A stretch of 63,524 nt of DNA, filler included, from Deltaproteobacteria bacterium (GTDB taxonomy: Bacteria; JACQOV01): NCBI GenBank assembly GCA_016202395.1. It is 5 parts of 5 records of this genome, joined end to end, with 100 filler letters (N's around TTAATTAATTAA, not from the genome) between each part and the next. Parts side by side here need not be neighbours in the genome. Positions count along the whole stretch, not along the records: positions 16,774 to 30,692 come from JACQOV010000071.1; positions 30,793 to 42,479 come from JACQOV010000067.1; 3 more parts are not named here. One strand, written 5' to 3'. Shown piece by piece: positions 28,101-37,415 of this stretch. Each line of letters begins with the position of its first letter. The stretch's first letter is position 1. A program made the translations under genes and the position numbers. The notes below the pieces were generated by a model that was given only the letters and a program-made list of their open reading frames with translations, searched no databases and was not told the origin of the DNA.

Positions 28101-29881
28101 GATGGATCTGCCCGGATGGTTCCCCGGCGGAGATCAACGATCTTGGAATCCCTTCCTGTGGCGAGTGCGAGAATCCGATAGGTAACATTTGTATTCCTTG
28201 TCTTGAGATCGAAGGGGGGATCGATCTCTGCCCTGAAGATTGCAAAGATGAAAACAACGATGGCGTTTGCGATTGGAACTGGAGATGCCTTGACGGCTCT
28301 CCGGCTCCAATGGATGAGCATGGTCTTCCGGTTTGTAAAGATAATTGTTTGAAAGCGGAGAGCAATTTTGTCCCAGAGCCTGCCGGACGGATAGAGCCTA
28401 AACCTAATTTGGGTGATTTTTTCTGCCCCGTCGGTTCGTGTCCCGACACCGATCTGGACACCGTTTGTGATACCGATGACAATTGTGTCTCTGATTCCAA
28501 CGAAGATCAAAGCGATCGAGATGGCGATGGGATCGGGGATGTGTGCGATCATTGTCCGAATGCGTACGATCCGGATGAGAACGACAGCGATGGCGATGGA
28601 ATTTACGATGCCTGTGACGCTTGCCCGAATGATCCTAATAATGACTCCGACGGTGATGGAGTTTGTGATCCCGCGGACAATTGTGTGCTAGACCCAAACC
28701 CGGATCAGGCTGATGGTGACGCGGATGGAAGAGGAGATGCCTGCGATCGTTGTCCCGCTGATTATAATCCTGATGAGGAGGATTCGGATGGCGATGGAGT
28801 CCCAGATGCCTGTGATGATTGTCCCACTACACCCAATTCCGATCAGGCGGACACGGATGGAGATGGCGTAGGAGATGTTTGCGAGATAGGTCTTCCATGT
28901 CCTGATAGTGACGGGGATGGGGTATGTGATGAAGATGATATTTGCTCGGGTGGGGATGATCATGCGGATCGCGATGGTGATGGAACACCCGATTTCTGTG
29001 ATATCTGTCCAGGGACGGTGGGTGATCACTGCTATATTCAGGTAGATGTGGGTTATTATCACAGTTGTGCGATTCGAGCCCCCGATTATAAGGTGGAGTG
29101 TTTTGGTGCTGAGCTCTATAACGAAACCTTTCCTCCATCCGATGAATTTTCCCAAGTGAGCGCGGGTTGGTATTTCACCTGTGGTGTTCGGCGCGAAGAT
29201 CAGCAAGTTGTTTGTTGGGGGAATAATGACAGCGGACAACTTAATGCCCCTGCAGGCACATATCTTCAGGTCAGTTCAGGCGGAAGACCTCCCTCTCAAG
29301 GAGCGCACAGTTGTGCGATAAGAACCAATGACACGGTGGTTTGTTGGGGGAGTAACGGCTATGGCCAAGCGACGCCCCCCAGTGGAAGATTTAAACAAGT
29401 GAGTGCGGGGGAGACCAATACCTGTGGTCTACGCACCAATGGCACCATTGCCTGTTGGGGCGATAATAGTGATGGTCGGTCGACCCCCCCCTCCGGCACT
29501 TTTGAAAAGATTGGCATAGGACGGGATCATGGATGTGGTTTAATGGAGGAGGACGGGCATATAGAATGTTGGGGAGATGATGATAATCCTTCTCGGCTAC
29601 ACGATTTTTCCAGACCCATGATCGATATTGCCGAGGGTTCTGATCTCACCTGTGCCATTTACGACGAATATTCGCCTTATCCGGCATGGACCAATGTCAT
29701 TGTTTGTTGGGATGATCCGGGGCAAGTAGTATGCGACATGGAGGATTACGAAAATATTCCAGATGGGACCTTTAGCCAAGTTTCGGTCGGCACTAATCTG
29801 GCTTGCGCGATCGATACCACCGGGGCCTTGTATTGTTGGGGATGTGGCTACGATCTTCCCCGGCAGAAATACCCGGAGTGA
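25130..29881 (+). CDS. Giant lipoprotein with thrombospondin type 3, FG-GAP and RCC1-like repeats (putative adhesin)
   Basis: Lipobox VSGC; many DxDxDGxxDxCDxCP repeats; GDVNGDGYDDILVGAP repeats; VSAG..TCG..CWG repeats. Confidence 0.85.
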   Translation: MFKRFSFIILFLGAGLYVSGCAREGRFSLPEETEAAPGEPPQPEEPSEPQAPPQDTDQDGVPDSQDNCPFISNNDQTDSDEDGLGDACDACPDDPENDLDQDGVCGDSDVCPDGDDTLDTDEDGIPNGCDVCEVDDLDDSDKDGICDSADICPDGDDTVDTDGDGDPDDCDPCPFDENNDSDGDGVCDTDDICELGDDGVDVDGDGIPNACDVCIVDDRDDSDGDGMCDSVDICPGGDDAVDADEDGIPDFCDLCPIDPNNDLDSDGICDSQDPCPLDNPNDADGDGVCDTDDICPDGDDAIDGDGDGVPDACDSCMGQPNPDQADSDQDGLGDLCDNCPWVSNWSKPDPQRDTDGDGVGDACDLCSGNDASGDSDGDGICDDSDNCPFVSNWSKPDPQRDSDGDGAGNACDPCPDDPTDTCNEPAEEGCKSDGKGTNLGAAASVKIIGESPSDNAGHSASIVGDVNGDGYDDILVGAPFNDNAGGTDSGAAYLVFGPASNLVDLSSHPKGVVKFIGDADEVHAGGSVTAVGDVNDDGIDDLLVGVPENEGRKGSVYLFFGRYFSRNSDFVEVSLAEKADVQFVGEYEQNHDGDGLDGDQAGTSIAGVGDLNNDGFDDFVIGAPGYDFDRETFPGRYPNTGRAYLILGREADEAWPTDLAGADEIFTGGSGVPESEIGSAVAATKDLFGDGGSGLILGTQDRLRAHLQFGFSGGEFFASDDPNVSQTDVTLMADMEEGSSFALSVAGVGDFNGNALGAILFGIPELSMSEEAASESGIVLLLEDVAENLDPSDYPQFLNYETAGLDVIFLGEEESKNYPSYGRLGHSLTGVGDVNGDTYNDILIGAPCSDEEVGSCEGAAYLVFGRNRSDSWWGAFQKCVNEADVKYIGENPGDRAGWVVAGEGDVNQGGIPDLLIAAPNYALGKGAVYLIADDTCPDVDHDEICDGDDGGPACPEGTIPVDSDQDGNPDACCADANSNGICDSEEPFHPRWICPDGSPAEINDLGIPSCGECENPIGNICIPCLEIEGGIDLCPEDCKDENNDGVCDWNWRCLDGSPAPMDEHGLPVCKDNCLKAESNFVPEPAGRIEPKPNLGDFFCPVGSCPDTDLDTVCDTDDNCVSDSNEDQSDRDGDGIGDVCDHCPNAYDPDENDSDGDGIYDACDACPNDPNNDSDGDGVCDPADNCVLDPNPDQADGDADGRGDACDRCPADYNPDEEDSDGDGVPDACDDCPTTPNSDQADTDGDGVGDVCEIGLPCPDSDGDGVCDEDDICSGGDDHADRDGDGTPDFCDICPGTVGDHCYIQVDVGYYHSCAIRAPDYKVECFGAELYNETFPPSDEFSQVSAGWYFTCGVRREDQQVVCWGNNDSGQLNAPAGTYLQVSSGGRPPSQGAHSCAIRTNDTVVCWGSNGYGQATPPSGRFKQVSAGETNTCGLRTNGTIACWGDNSDGRSTPPSGTFEKIGIGRDHGCGLMEEDGHIECWGDDDNPSRLHDFSRPMIDIAEGSDLTCAIYDEYSPYPAWTNVIVCWDDPGQVVCDMEDYENIPDGTFSQVSVGTNLACAIDTTGALYCWGCGYDLPRQKYPE

Positions 29882-29982
29882 AGTCGGGGTCAGACCCAAC
29901 TATCTAACTACTTTTCTTTATATAATAAGTATTGACAAATTATATAATAAGAGTATCCTTATTATTCAGGAGGATGTTTTTT

Positions 29983-30240
29983 ATGGCCAAGGTGATGATT
30001 TCGCTCCCCGGAGCGATGCTAAGAATCGTTGATCGCATTGCCAAACAGGAAGGACGTAATCGCAGCGAGCTTATTCGCGAGGCCCTTCGTTCGCAGTATT
30101 TTGAGCGAGATCGAAGTTCTGTGCGGCCTGAAAGAGCCCGGAAGGCATACCAATGGATTGTGGCTAATCCTATACCTCGTGGCAAAATGAGCTCTGTTGA
30201 TTTAATTCGGAAGATGAGGGATGAACGTTGGGCGAAATAA
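29983..30240 (+). CDS. Ribbon-helix-helix (CopG-like) antitoxin
   Basis: KVMISLP..VDRIAKQEGRNRSELIREALR; overlaps PIN gene; upstream TTGACA and duplicated TATATAATAAG. Confidence 0.85.
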   Translation: MAKVMISLPGAMLRIVDRIAKQEGRNRSELIREALRSQYFERDRSSVRPERARKAYQWIVANPIPRGKMSSVDLIRKMRDERWAK

Positions 30241-30656
30241 ATTATGTTGTGGACACTTCGGTTATTGTAAAGTGGTTTGTTGATGAAGAGGGGAGGGAAG
30301 AAGCTCTCCAGTTATTGAACCGATTTTTCCAAAGAGACATCGATCTCGTTATTCCCATTCTGGCTTTTTATGAGTTAGGAAATGTTTTGAAATTACGCAC
30401 GGATGTGTCGTTGGGGAGTAAAACTTCCTTATTAAGAGAATTTTTTGAGTTGGGAGTTGCAGTAGCCCCCTTTGGTGAAGAGATCGCCACAAGGACTTTG
30501 GAGAGAGCGATTGAATACAATCTTAGTTATTATGATGCAACATTCCTCGTGGCCGCTGAAGAAGTGGGAGCCACCCTCATTACCGCAGATAAGCGTTTTT
30601 ACAATAAAGTCCAACGATGTCCTCAAATTCGATTTTTAGGAGAATTAGAATTTTAA
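30228..30656 (+). CDS. vapC: PIN-domain VapC-family toxin
   Basis: VVDTSVIVKWF, YELGNVL, LSYYDATFL, LITADKRF. Confidence 0.88.
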   Translation: MGEINYVVDTSVIVKWFVDEEGREEALQLLNRFFQRDIDLVIPILAFYELGNVLKLRTDVSLGSKTSLLREFFELGVAVAPFGEEIATRTLERAIEYNLSYYDATFLVAAEEVGATLITADKRFYNKVQRCPQIRFLGELEF

Positions 30657-30692
30657 TTGACAGTTAACTTTGGGGTCGGTACTATCCCTCCG

Positions 30693-30792
30693 NNNNNNNN
30701 NNNNNNNNNNNNNNNNNNNNNNNNNNNNNNNNNNNNTTAATTAATTAANNNNNNNNNNNNNNNNNNNNNNNNNNNNNNNNNNNNNNNNNNNN
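30693..30792. other. Artificial contig spacer
   Basis: N44-TTAATTAATTAA-N44. Confidence 0.98.
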
Positions 30793-30794
30793 AT

Positions 30795-31319
30795 TCCGAT
30801 CCGAAAACCGTCAGCGGATATTACGACATATTGGAAGATACTCTGCTTGGAATTCGACTTCCCGCTTATCATACGTCCATTCGGAAGCAGCAAAAAAAGT
30901 CTTCAAAATTTTATCTCTTTGACACAGGCATTGCACGAGCTTTGGCCGGACAGGTCGATTACGATTTGGTTCCGCGGAGCTTTGAATATGGGCAATTGTT
31001 TGAGGCGTTTGTTGTCAATGAGCTTTATCGCCAGCTAACCTACCAGGGCAGGCAATTTAAATTTTCTTACTTGCGGGTCAAGGAAGATCTGGAGATCGAT
31101 TTGATTATAGAGCGCGGAAAACTCGCTCCGACACTGGTAGAGATCAAATCCGCAAATAAGGTAGACGAGCGTCACGCCAAGGGGCTCATGACACTGGGCG
31201 ATGATTTTAAATCATCCAAACAATATTTAATTTCAAACGATCAGGATATAAAGCGTTTTTCAAATGTTTTGGCCTGTCCATGGGCTGAAGCGACAGGTCG
31301 TATTTTAAATGACGCTTGA
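30795..31319 (+). CDS. C-terminal part of an AAA_14/DUF4143 ATPase, 5'-truncated by contig start
   Basis: KTVSGYYDILEDT, KFYLFDTG, GQLFE, EIDLII..VEIKS. Confidence 0.85.
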   Translation, partial: SDPKTVSGYYDILEDTLLGIRLPAYHTSIRKQQKKSSKFYLFDTGIARALAGQVDYDLVPRSFEYGQLFEAFVVNELYRQLTYQGRQFKFSYLRVKEDLEIDLIIERGKLAPTLVEIKSANKVDERHAKGLMTLGDDFKSSKQYLISNDQDIKRFSNVLACPWAEATGRILNDA

Positions 31320-31422
31320 GGACCCGATCGGTATGGCCAATTTAGAGTATCATAGAAAATAGTCTCGACTTTTTTGCAGGTAGGTGTAAAATAGTCGCCA
31401 ACTTCTGTGGGAGGGTTTACCT

Positions 31423-33381
31423 GTGAAGAACCGGACAATATCCTTAGAAACTTTGCTTCAAGAAGGGCGGAAATTTCCGCCGTCGGATCCATTTCGCAGA
31501 CAGGCCAATATTCAGGATCCTGATATTTACCAAAAGGCGGCGGCGGATCCGGAAGGATACTGGGCGAGGTGGGCTCGAGAGCTCGATTGGATGAAGCCAT
31601 GGGATCAGGTGCTCGAATGGAATCCACCCTTTGCCAAATGGTTTGTGGGGGGAAAGATCAATGCCTCGGTGAATTGCGTCGATCGACATCTCTCCCAACG
31701 TCAAAATAAAGTGGCGATCCTTTGGGAAGGAGAGACCGGAGACACCCGCAGATTTACCTATGGCGAGCTCTCAGAGCAGGTGAATCGATTCGCCAACGTT
31801 CTGAAAAAACGAGGGATCCAACGAGGAGATCGGGTGGCGATTTATCTTCCGATGATCCCTGAAATTGTCATCGCTTGTTTAGCCTGTTCCAGGATTGGAG
31901 CGGTGCACAGCGTCGTTTTCGGAGGTTTTAGCGCCGATTCGCTTCGGGATCGGATTCTCGATGCTCACGCCGAACTTTTGGTTACCGCCGATTTCGGTTG
32001 GCGTCGCGGGAAAAGGCTTTTTCTAAAACAGTCGGCCGACGGGGCTTTAACTCAAACCCCTTCGATCGAGAATGTGGTGGTTGTGGCTCGGGAAGGCACC
32101 CCTTCCAAAGAGTGTCCTATGAAGGGGGGGCGTGATCACTGGTGGCACGATGAGATGGGAAAGGTTGAGGCTTCGTGCCCGCCCGAAGCGATCGATGCGG
32201 AGGAGATGCTTTTCACCCTTTACACCTCTGGCACCACGGGAAAGCCGAAAGGGATTGTTCACACCACCGGTGGCTATCTCACAGGTGTTTATGCCACGAC
32301 GAAATGGGTTTTTGATCTGAAAGAAAACGACGTCTTTTGGTGCACGGCCGACATCGGTTGGGTCACAGGGCATAGTTACGTGATCTACGGTCCTCTTGCC
32401 AATGGGGCCACGGTTGTCATTTACGAAGGAGCCCCCGATTGGCCTGAAAAAGATCGATTCTGGAAGATCATCGAAAAATACAAAGTCACGATTTTCTATA
32501 CCGCTCCGACCGCCATTCGGGCCTTTATGAAATGGGGAGCGCAGTGGGTGGATCGGGCCGATCTCTCGTCGCTTCGACTCTTGGGGTCGGTCGGTGAGCC
32601 GATCAACCCCGAGGCTTGGATCTGGTATCATCATTATATTGGCAAAGAAAAATGTCCTATTGTGGACACCTGGTGGCAAACCGAAACGGGTTGCATTCTA
32701 ATGACTCCTCTTCCAGGAATTACCACGACAAAGCCGGGCTCCGCGACAAAACCGTTTCCGGGAATTGCTGCGGAGGTCTTGAATGATTCCGGAGAACGAG
32801 TGGAGGTGGGTGGAGGCTACGTTGCTATTACGAAGCCTTGGCCCTCCATGCTTCGAACCCTATTCAACGATGACGAACGGTATGTGAAGCAGTATTGGTC
32901 GAAGTGGAAAGGGATCTATTTTGCCGGAGATGGCGTAAAACGAGATGAGGATGGCGATTTTTGGTTCTTAGGCCGTGTCGATGATGTTCTGAAACTCGCG
33001 GGGCATCGGATTGGGACCATGGAGGTTGAAAGCGCGTTTGTCGATCATCCTGCTGTGGCCGAAAGCGCTGTTGTCGGAAGGCCGCACGATATCAAAGGAG
33101 AGGCAATCGTTGCCTTTGTCACTCTGAGAGAGCCCGCAAAGCCTTCCCCGGAGCTTATCGAAGAGCTCAAAGAGCATGTTGTTAAAAAGATTGGCTCGAT
33201 TGCAAGGCCTGAGGAGATCCTCTTTACCGTCGATCTTCCGAAGACTCGCTCTGGGAAGATTATGCGAAGGTTGCTTCGGGATATCGCCGTGGGGAAAGCC
33301 CTTGGCGACACCACCACTCTTGCCGATCCCTCTGTTGTCGAGGGATTGAAGAGACAATACGAATCGATTGAAGCCGGATAA
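31423..33381 (+). CDS. acs: Acetyl-CoA synthetase
   Basis: [43 protein letters not shown]. Confidence 0.97.
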   Translation: MKNRTISLETLLQEGRKFPPSDPFRRQANIQDPDIYQKAAADPEGYWARWARELDWMKPWDQVLEWNPPFAKWFVGGKINASVNCVDRHLSQRQNKVAILWEGETGDTRRFTYGELSEQVNRFANVLKKRGIQRGDRVAIYLPMIPEIVIACLACSRIGAVHSVVFGGFSADSLRDRILDAHAELLVTADFGWRRGKRLFLKQSADGALTQTPSIENVVVVAREGTPSKECPMKGGRDHWWHDEMGKVEASCPPEAIDAEEMLFTLYTSGTTGKPKGIVHTTGGYLTGVYATTKWVFDLKENDVFWCTADIGWVTGHSYVIYGPLANGATVVIYEGAPDWPEKDRFWKIIEKYKVTIFYTAPTAIRAFMKWGAQWVDRADLSSLRLLGSVGEPINPEAWIWYHHYIGKEKCPIVDTWWQTETGCILMTPLPGITTTKPGSATKPFPGIAAEVLNDSGERVEVGGGYVAITKPWPSMLRTLFNDDERYVKQYWSKWKGIYFAGDGVKRDEDGDFWFLGRVDDVLKLAGHRIGTMEVESAFVDHPAVAESAVVGRPHDIKGEAIVAFVTLREPAKPSPELIEELKEHVVKKIGSIARPEEILFTVDLPKTRSGKIMRRLLRDIAVGKALGDTTTLADPSVVEGLKRQYESIEAG

Positions 33382-33424
33382 CGCAATTTTTTGTTGATTT
33401 ATTCGGAGAATCTGAATAAAATCC

Positions 33425-33604
33425 AGAACTGGTCTCATAAAGGGTGACGAAAGCGAAATTTTGGATTTTGAGGCGAGACAAGGAGGATGAGCAAAAAGCC
33501 CGGAAACGTACTTGGAAAGTACGTTGAGGACTTTTTGCGAAGTCCGACAAAGTCGCAGCCCAAAAGCCAAAATTGCAGCCGGGAACATTTATGAGACCAG
33601 TTCT
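33425..33604. repeat. 180-bp MITE-like element with 17-bp perfect terminal IRs
   Basis: AGAACTGGTCTCATAAA..TTTATGAGACCAGTTCT; inner GCAAAAAG..CTTTTTGC and AACGTACTT..AAGTACGTT. Confidence 0.8.
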
Positions 33605-33637
33605 AGTCATCATCTCATCATGATGAAGGGAGGCGCA

Positions 33638-34603
33638 ATGTCCATCCGCGAATTCATGAAAGAAAATTATCGACATTTCAATGCAGCCACCACCTTGGAT
33701 GCCTCGGAGGCATGGGTGCGACACCTCGATAAAGGGGGAAAGATGCTGTTGGCGATGGCGGGGGCGATGAGCACGGGTGAAATCGGGATCTCCCTTGCGG
33801 AGATGATTCGGCAAGAAAAGATTCACGCGGTATCAACGACGGGAGCGAATTTAGAGGAGGATGTTTTTAATCTCGTGGCGCACGATCATTATCGACGGAT
33901 CCCTCGGTATCGGGATCTGAGCCCCAAAGAGGAGTTGGATCTGTGCAAAAAAGGGCTCAATCGCGTGACCGATACCTGTATCCCTGAAGAGGAGGCGATG
34001 CGTCGGATTGAGAAAAAGCTGCTTCGTGTGTGGAAGAAGGCGGCCGAAGAGAACAAGAGTTATTTTCCTTACGAATACTTTTATCAACTTCTTCAGAACG
34101 GCGATTTGAAGGAGTTTTATCAGATCGACCCAAAACACTCCTGGGTTCTGGCAGCCTCAGAAAAAGGAATTCCGATTTATACGCCCGGATGGGAAGATTC
34201 CACCTTAGGAAATGTTTTTGTTTCGAATGTCATTAAAGGGAACGTTAAAAATTATCATGCGGTGAAAAGCGGTTTGGAGCAGATGGCTCATCTCGTGGGC
34301 TGGTATCGCGAGCATGTAAAGAAAAGCTCCATCGGTTTTTTCCAGATCGGCGGAGGGATCGCTGGAGATTTTCCGATTTGTGTGGTGCCACTCATCATGC
34401 AAGATCTACGGCAAGAGTGTCCTCTGTGGGGTTATTTTGCTCAGATCAGCGACAGCACCACTTCTTATGGATCGTATAGCGGCGCCGTCCCCAACGAAAA
34501 AATTACCTGGTGCAAAATCGACATCGATACCCCGAGCTTTGTGATTGAGTCGGATGCCTCCCTGGTGGCCCCGCTCATTTTCAATTACGTGCTCGGGAAT
34601 TAA
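33638..34603 (+). CDS. Deoxyhypusine synthase-like protein
   Basis: AGAMST, STTGANLEED, GGGIAGDF, GSYSGAVPNEKITWCK; GGGAGG SD before ATG 33638. Confidence 0.88.
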   Translation: MSIREFMKENYRHFNAATTLDASEAWVRHLDKGGKMLLAMAGAMSTGEIGISLAEMIRQEKIHAVSTTGANLEEDVFNLVAHDHYRRIPRYRDLSPKEELDLCKKGLNRVTDTCIPEEEAMRRIEKKLLRVWKKAAEENKSYFPYEYFYQLLQNGDLKEFYQIDPKHSWVLAASEKGIPIYTPGWEDSTLGNVFVSNVIKGNVKNYHAVKSGLEQMAHLVGWYREHVKKSSIGFFQIGGGIAGDFPICVVPLIMQDLRQECPLWGYFAQISDSTTSYGSYSGAVPNEKITWCKIDIDTPSFVIESDASLVAPLIFNYVLGN

Positions 34604-34666
34604 GCGGGCCCTTGTAATTCTTGGGGCGTTGATGTATTTCAAGGACAAGGAGACGAGGAGGATTTT

Positions 34667-35296
34667 ATGGGATTTTCGCTGATTCCCAGAGAGAAGGTTT
34701 TTTTTGATCTTTTTGAGAGAGCTTCCCACACCTTGACCGAGGCTTCCGCTCTGCTGGTTCAAACCATGGAGAATTTTAATCAGGTGGCCGAAAGCGCTCG
34801 GCGAATGGAGCGGTTAGAGCACAATGCTGATCAGATCACTCACGAGATCATGGCCCGCCTCAACCGAACCTTTATTACCCCTTTTGATCGTGAAGATATC
34901 CATCGCCTGGCCTCCGCTTTGGATGATGTGGTCGATTTCATCGAAGCAACGACGGAGCGGTTCATCTTATTTAAGGTGGACTCCATCACCCCTCACGCTC
35001 AAGAACTTTCCAAAGTGATTCATCAACAGGCCCAAGAAATTGATCGGGTGATGCCGAAGCTTCGCCGTCTCGATCACGGCAATGTCATGCCCCATTGCAT
35101 CGAGATCAATCGTTTGGAGAATGTGGCAGATCGCATTGTTCGAGCGGCTCTTGCGGAGCTATTTCAGAATAAGAATGGGGCGAATTCGATCGAGGTCATC
35201 AAATGGAAAGAGCTTTACGATCTGCTCGAGTCGGCGACAGACAAGGGAGAGGAAGTGGCGGTGGTCATTGAATCGATCGTCCTCAAGAACGCCTAA
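34667..35296 (+). CDS. DUF47/PhoU-like phosphate transport regulator
   Basis: LEHNAD..TFITPFDREDI..LENVAD..IKWKELY; paired with pit. Confidence 0.9.
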   Translation: MGFSLIPREKVFFDLFERASHTLTEASALLVQTMENFNQVAESARRMERLEHNADQITHEIMARLNRTFITPFDREDIHRLASALDDVVDFIEATTERFILFKVDSITPHAQELSKVIHQQAQEIDRVMPKLRRLDHGNVMPHCIEINRLENVADRIVRAALAELFQNKNGANSIEVIKWKELYDLLESATDKGEEVAVVIESIVLKNA

Positions 35297-35299
35297 CTC

Positions 35300-36289
35300 A
35301 TGGAAATTAGTTTATCCCTGTTAATCGTTTTAATCCTCATTTTGGCGGCGGAGTTCGTCAATGGCTGGAACGATTCCGCCAATGCCATTGCCACCGTGGT
35401 TTCCACGCGAGTTCTCTCTCCCCTTGTCGCTGTGGGGATGGCTTGCCTTTTTAACATCCTTGGCGCGTTGTCGGGGACGGCGGTTGCCGCCACGATTGGA
35501 AAAGGGATTATCAATCCTGAGATCGTGAATCTCTCCACAGTCGCGGCAGGGGTGCTATCGGTCGTTCTTTGGGGGGGATTCGCCTCCTGGATTGGTCTCC
35601 CGATTAGTATCAGCCATTCCCTGATCGGAGGGCTTGCGGGGGCTGCTTTAGGGACCGGTGGGATCGATGCTTTGCAATGGTCAGGGTTCAGAAAGGTCTT
35701 TTTAGGGATTGGGTTTTCCACGTTTTTGGGATTTTTGGGAGGGTTGGTATTGATGGCTTTGATCTATCGTCTCTTTGCGGCATTCTTGCCCGGAACCATT
35801 CGTCGTGTTTTTGGAAAACTCCAGCTTCTCTCGGCGGCGTTTATGGCCTTTAGCCATGGCTCCAATGACGGGCAAAAATTTATTGGTGTTTTTTCTCTTG
35901 CTCTACTTTTGGGAGGTGTGTATTCAGAGTTCCAGGTGCCCCTCTGGGTGATTCTTCTGTGCGCCGTAACGATGGGGGCCGGCACCTCTATCGGTGGAAT
36001 GCGGGTGATCAAAACGATGGGACTTGGCCTTACCAAACTGGAGCCGGTTCATGGATTTGCGGCAGAAACCGGAGCGGCTCTCACCATTGAGGTGGCTTCT
36101 CGTCTGGGGATTCCACTCAGCACCACTCATACGATTGCAACATCGATTATGGGGGTTGGAGCGACAAAACGTTTCTCCGCGGTGCGTTGGGGAGTAACCC
36201 GCGATATTGTCACGGCCTGGTTTCTAACCTTTCCCTTGTGTGCCATCATCGGTTGGCTTGTCATCCAACTCCTGCAACTCTTTTCATAG
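35300..36289 (+). CDS. pit: Inorganic phosphate transporter, PiT family
   Basis: NGWNDSANAIAT, HGSNDGQK, GIPLSTTH. Confidence 0.93.
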   Translation: MEISLSLLIVLILILAAEFVNGWNDSANAIATVVSTRVLSPLVAVGMACLFNILGALSGTAVAATIGKGIINPEIVNLSTVAAGVLSVVLWGGFASWIGLPISISHSLIGGLAGAALGTGGIDALQWSGFRKVFLGIGFSTFLGFLGGLVLMALIYRLFAAFLPGTIRRVFGKLQLLSAAFMAFSHGSNDGQKFIGVFSLALLLGGVYSEFQVPLWVILLCAVTMGAGTSIGGMRVIKTMGLGLTKLEPVHGFAAETGAALTIEVASRLGIPLSTTHTIATSIMGVGATKRFSAVRWGVTRDIVTAWFLTFPLCAIIGWLVIQLLQLFS

Positions 36290-36291
36290 AG

Positions 36292-36358
36292 TTTAAGTAT
36301 CTGCTTAAATACACTTGACAAGGCTGTTTCTAAGTTTTATACTTAAGTCGTTGCTTAA
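36292..36358 (+). promoter_or_regulatory. Sigma70 promoter with two palindromic ArsR-type operators
   Basis: TTGACA(36315)-17nt-TATACT(36338); TTAAGTATCTGCTTAA upstream of -35 and TTAAGTCGTTGCTTAA downstream of -10. Confidence 0.75.
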
Positions 36359-36376
36359 ATGAGGAGTCTTAAGCCT

Positions 36377-36727
36377 ATGGAATGCGTGCGGCCGAAAGAC
36401 GGGAGTAAGCTCCTGATTCGTAAGGTAAAAAAGGAGTTTGAGTTTACACCCAACCTTGACGAACTCAGCGATTTAATGGAGGTTTCCGGAAATCCCAGTC
36501 GCTTAAAGATTCTAGCCCTGCTCTACCGTTACCAAGAGGCCTGTGTCTGTGACATTGCCGATGTTTTGGAGCTGACCGTTCCTGCTATCTCCCAGCATCT
36601 AGGGAAACTCAAGTCCCACAGCTTGATCGATTCTCGCCGCGAGGCCCAAACCATTTATTACTTTTTAACAAACCATCCTTTCAACAAGCGGCTAACGACC
36701 GTCTTTGCCGGTTTGGGAGAGTGGTGA
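36377..36727 (+). CDS. ArsR/SmtB family metal-sensing repressor
   Basis: SRLKILALL..ACVCDIA..PAISQHLGKLK..RREAQTIYY; alternative start 36359. Confidence 0.9.
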   Translation: MECVRPKDGSKLLIRKVKKEFEFTPNLDELSDLMEVSGNPSRLKILALLYRYQEACVCDIADVLELTVPAISQHLGKLKSHSLIDSRREAQTIYYFLTNHPFNKRLTTVFAGLGEW

Positions 36728-36738
36728 GGAGGTATGCC

Positions 36739-37080
36739 ATGAGTCAACGTTTCTCGAAGATCGCAGCCGGCCTTGCTACCTTCACAGCATTTTTTGGTTC
36801 TTGCTGTGCTTTGCCCCTGCTGTTGGTGAGCTTAGGAGTAGGAGGCATGGCCTTTGCGAACACCTTGGCCCTTTACCGGCCCTATTTTGTCGGCGCGACG
36901 ATTTTGCTTTTAGCCGTTGCGTTTTATCTGGTGTACGGTCGGCGACAGGAGTGTAGCGATGACAAAGCCTGCGAACCCAAGGCAATTCGTCGGACCAAGA
37001 TCCTGCTTTGGATCACAACGGGGCTCGCGTTTTTATTTTTCATAGGGCCTGGATTAATCGCGCGATTATTTTTATCTTAG
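36739..37080 (+). CDS. MerT-like membrane transporter
   Basis: SCCALPLLL in TM1, YRPYF, loop ECSDDKAC, three TM segments. Confidence 0.8.
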   Translation: MSQRFSKIAAGLATFTAFFGSCCALPLLLVSLGVGGMAFANTLALYRPYFVGATILLLAVAFYLVYGRRQECSDDKACEPKAIRRTKILLWITTGLAFLFFIGPGLIARLFLS

Positions 37081-37104
37081 GATATAACATAGGAGGAATC
37101 GATC

Positions 37105-37392
37105 ATGAAAATAGGAATCATCAGCTTCGGTGTTTTTTTAATGACGTGGGGGTTCTTGCAAGCAGAGCCTCAGACGATCGAGATGGATATTGAGGGGATG
37201 ACTTGTAGCGCCTGCTCAGCGATCATCAAAAAGAAACTTTCTCCGCTGTGCTCCGAAGTTTCCGTGGATCACAAAAGCGGCCATGGGAGTTGCACCTATG
37301 AATCTGAGAAAGTGACCCAGGATCAAATTCTGGATGTTGTCAGCAGCGCTGGTTACAAAGCGACTCTTGAGGAGCCGGAGCCTGCCCAATAA
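37105..37392 (+). CDS. Exported HMA-domain (MerP-like) protein
   Basis: Signal peptide then IEGMTCSAC. Confidence 0.85.
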   Translation: MKIGIISFGVFLMTWGFLQAEPQTIEMDIEGMTCSACSAIIKKKLSPLCSEVSVDHKSGHGSCTYESEKVTQDQILDVVSSAGYKATLEEPEPAQ

Positions 37393-37415
37393 GGGTTCTA
37401 GCCGGGGAGGAAAAT

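Noticed and set aside
25429-29239. Long antisense ORFs inside the giant lipoprotein gene
   Set aside because: Shadow frames of a GAT/GGN-rich repetitive coding strand.
33512-33637. Long N-terminal extensions in the ORF track (DHS-like here; also GH15, TPM, nadK, recN, radA, nadE)
   Set aside because: They run through repeats, promoters or neighbouring genes; better starts lie downstream at the family-typical N-terminus.
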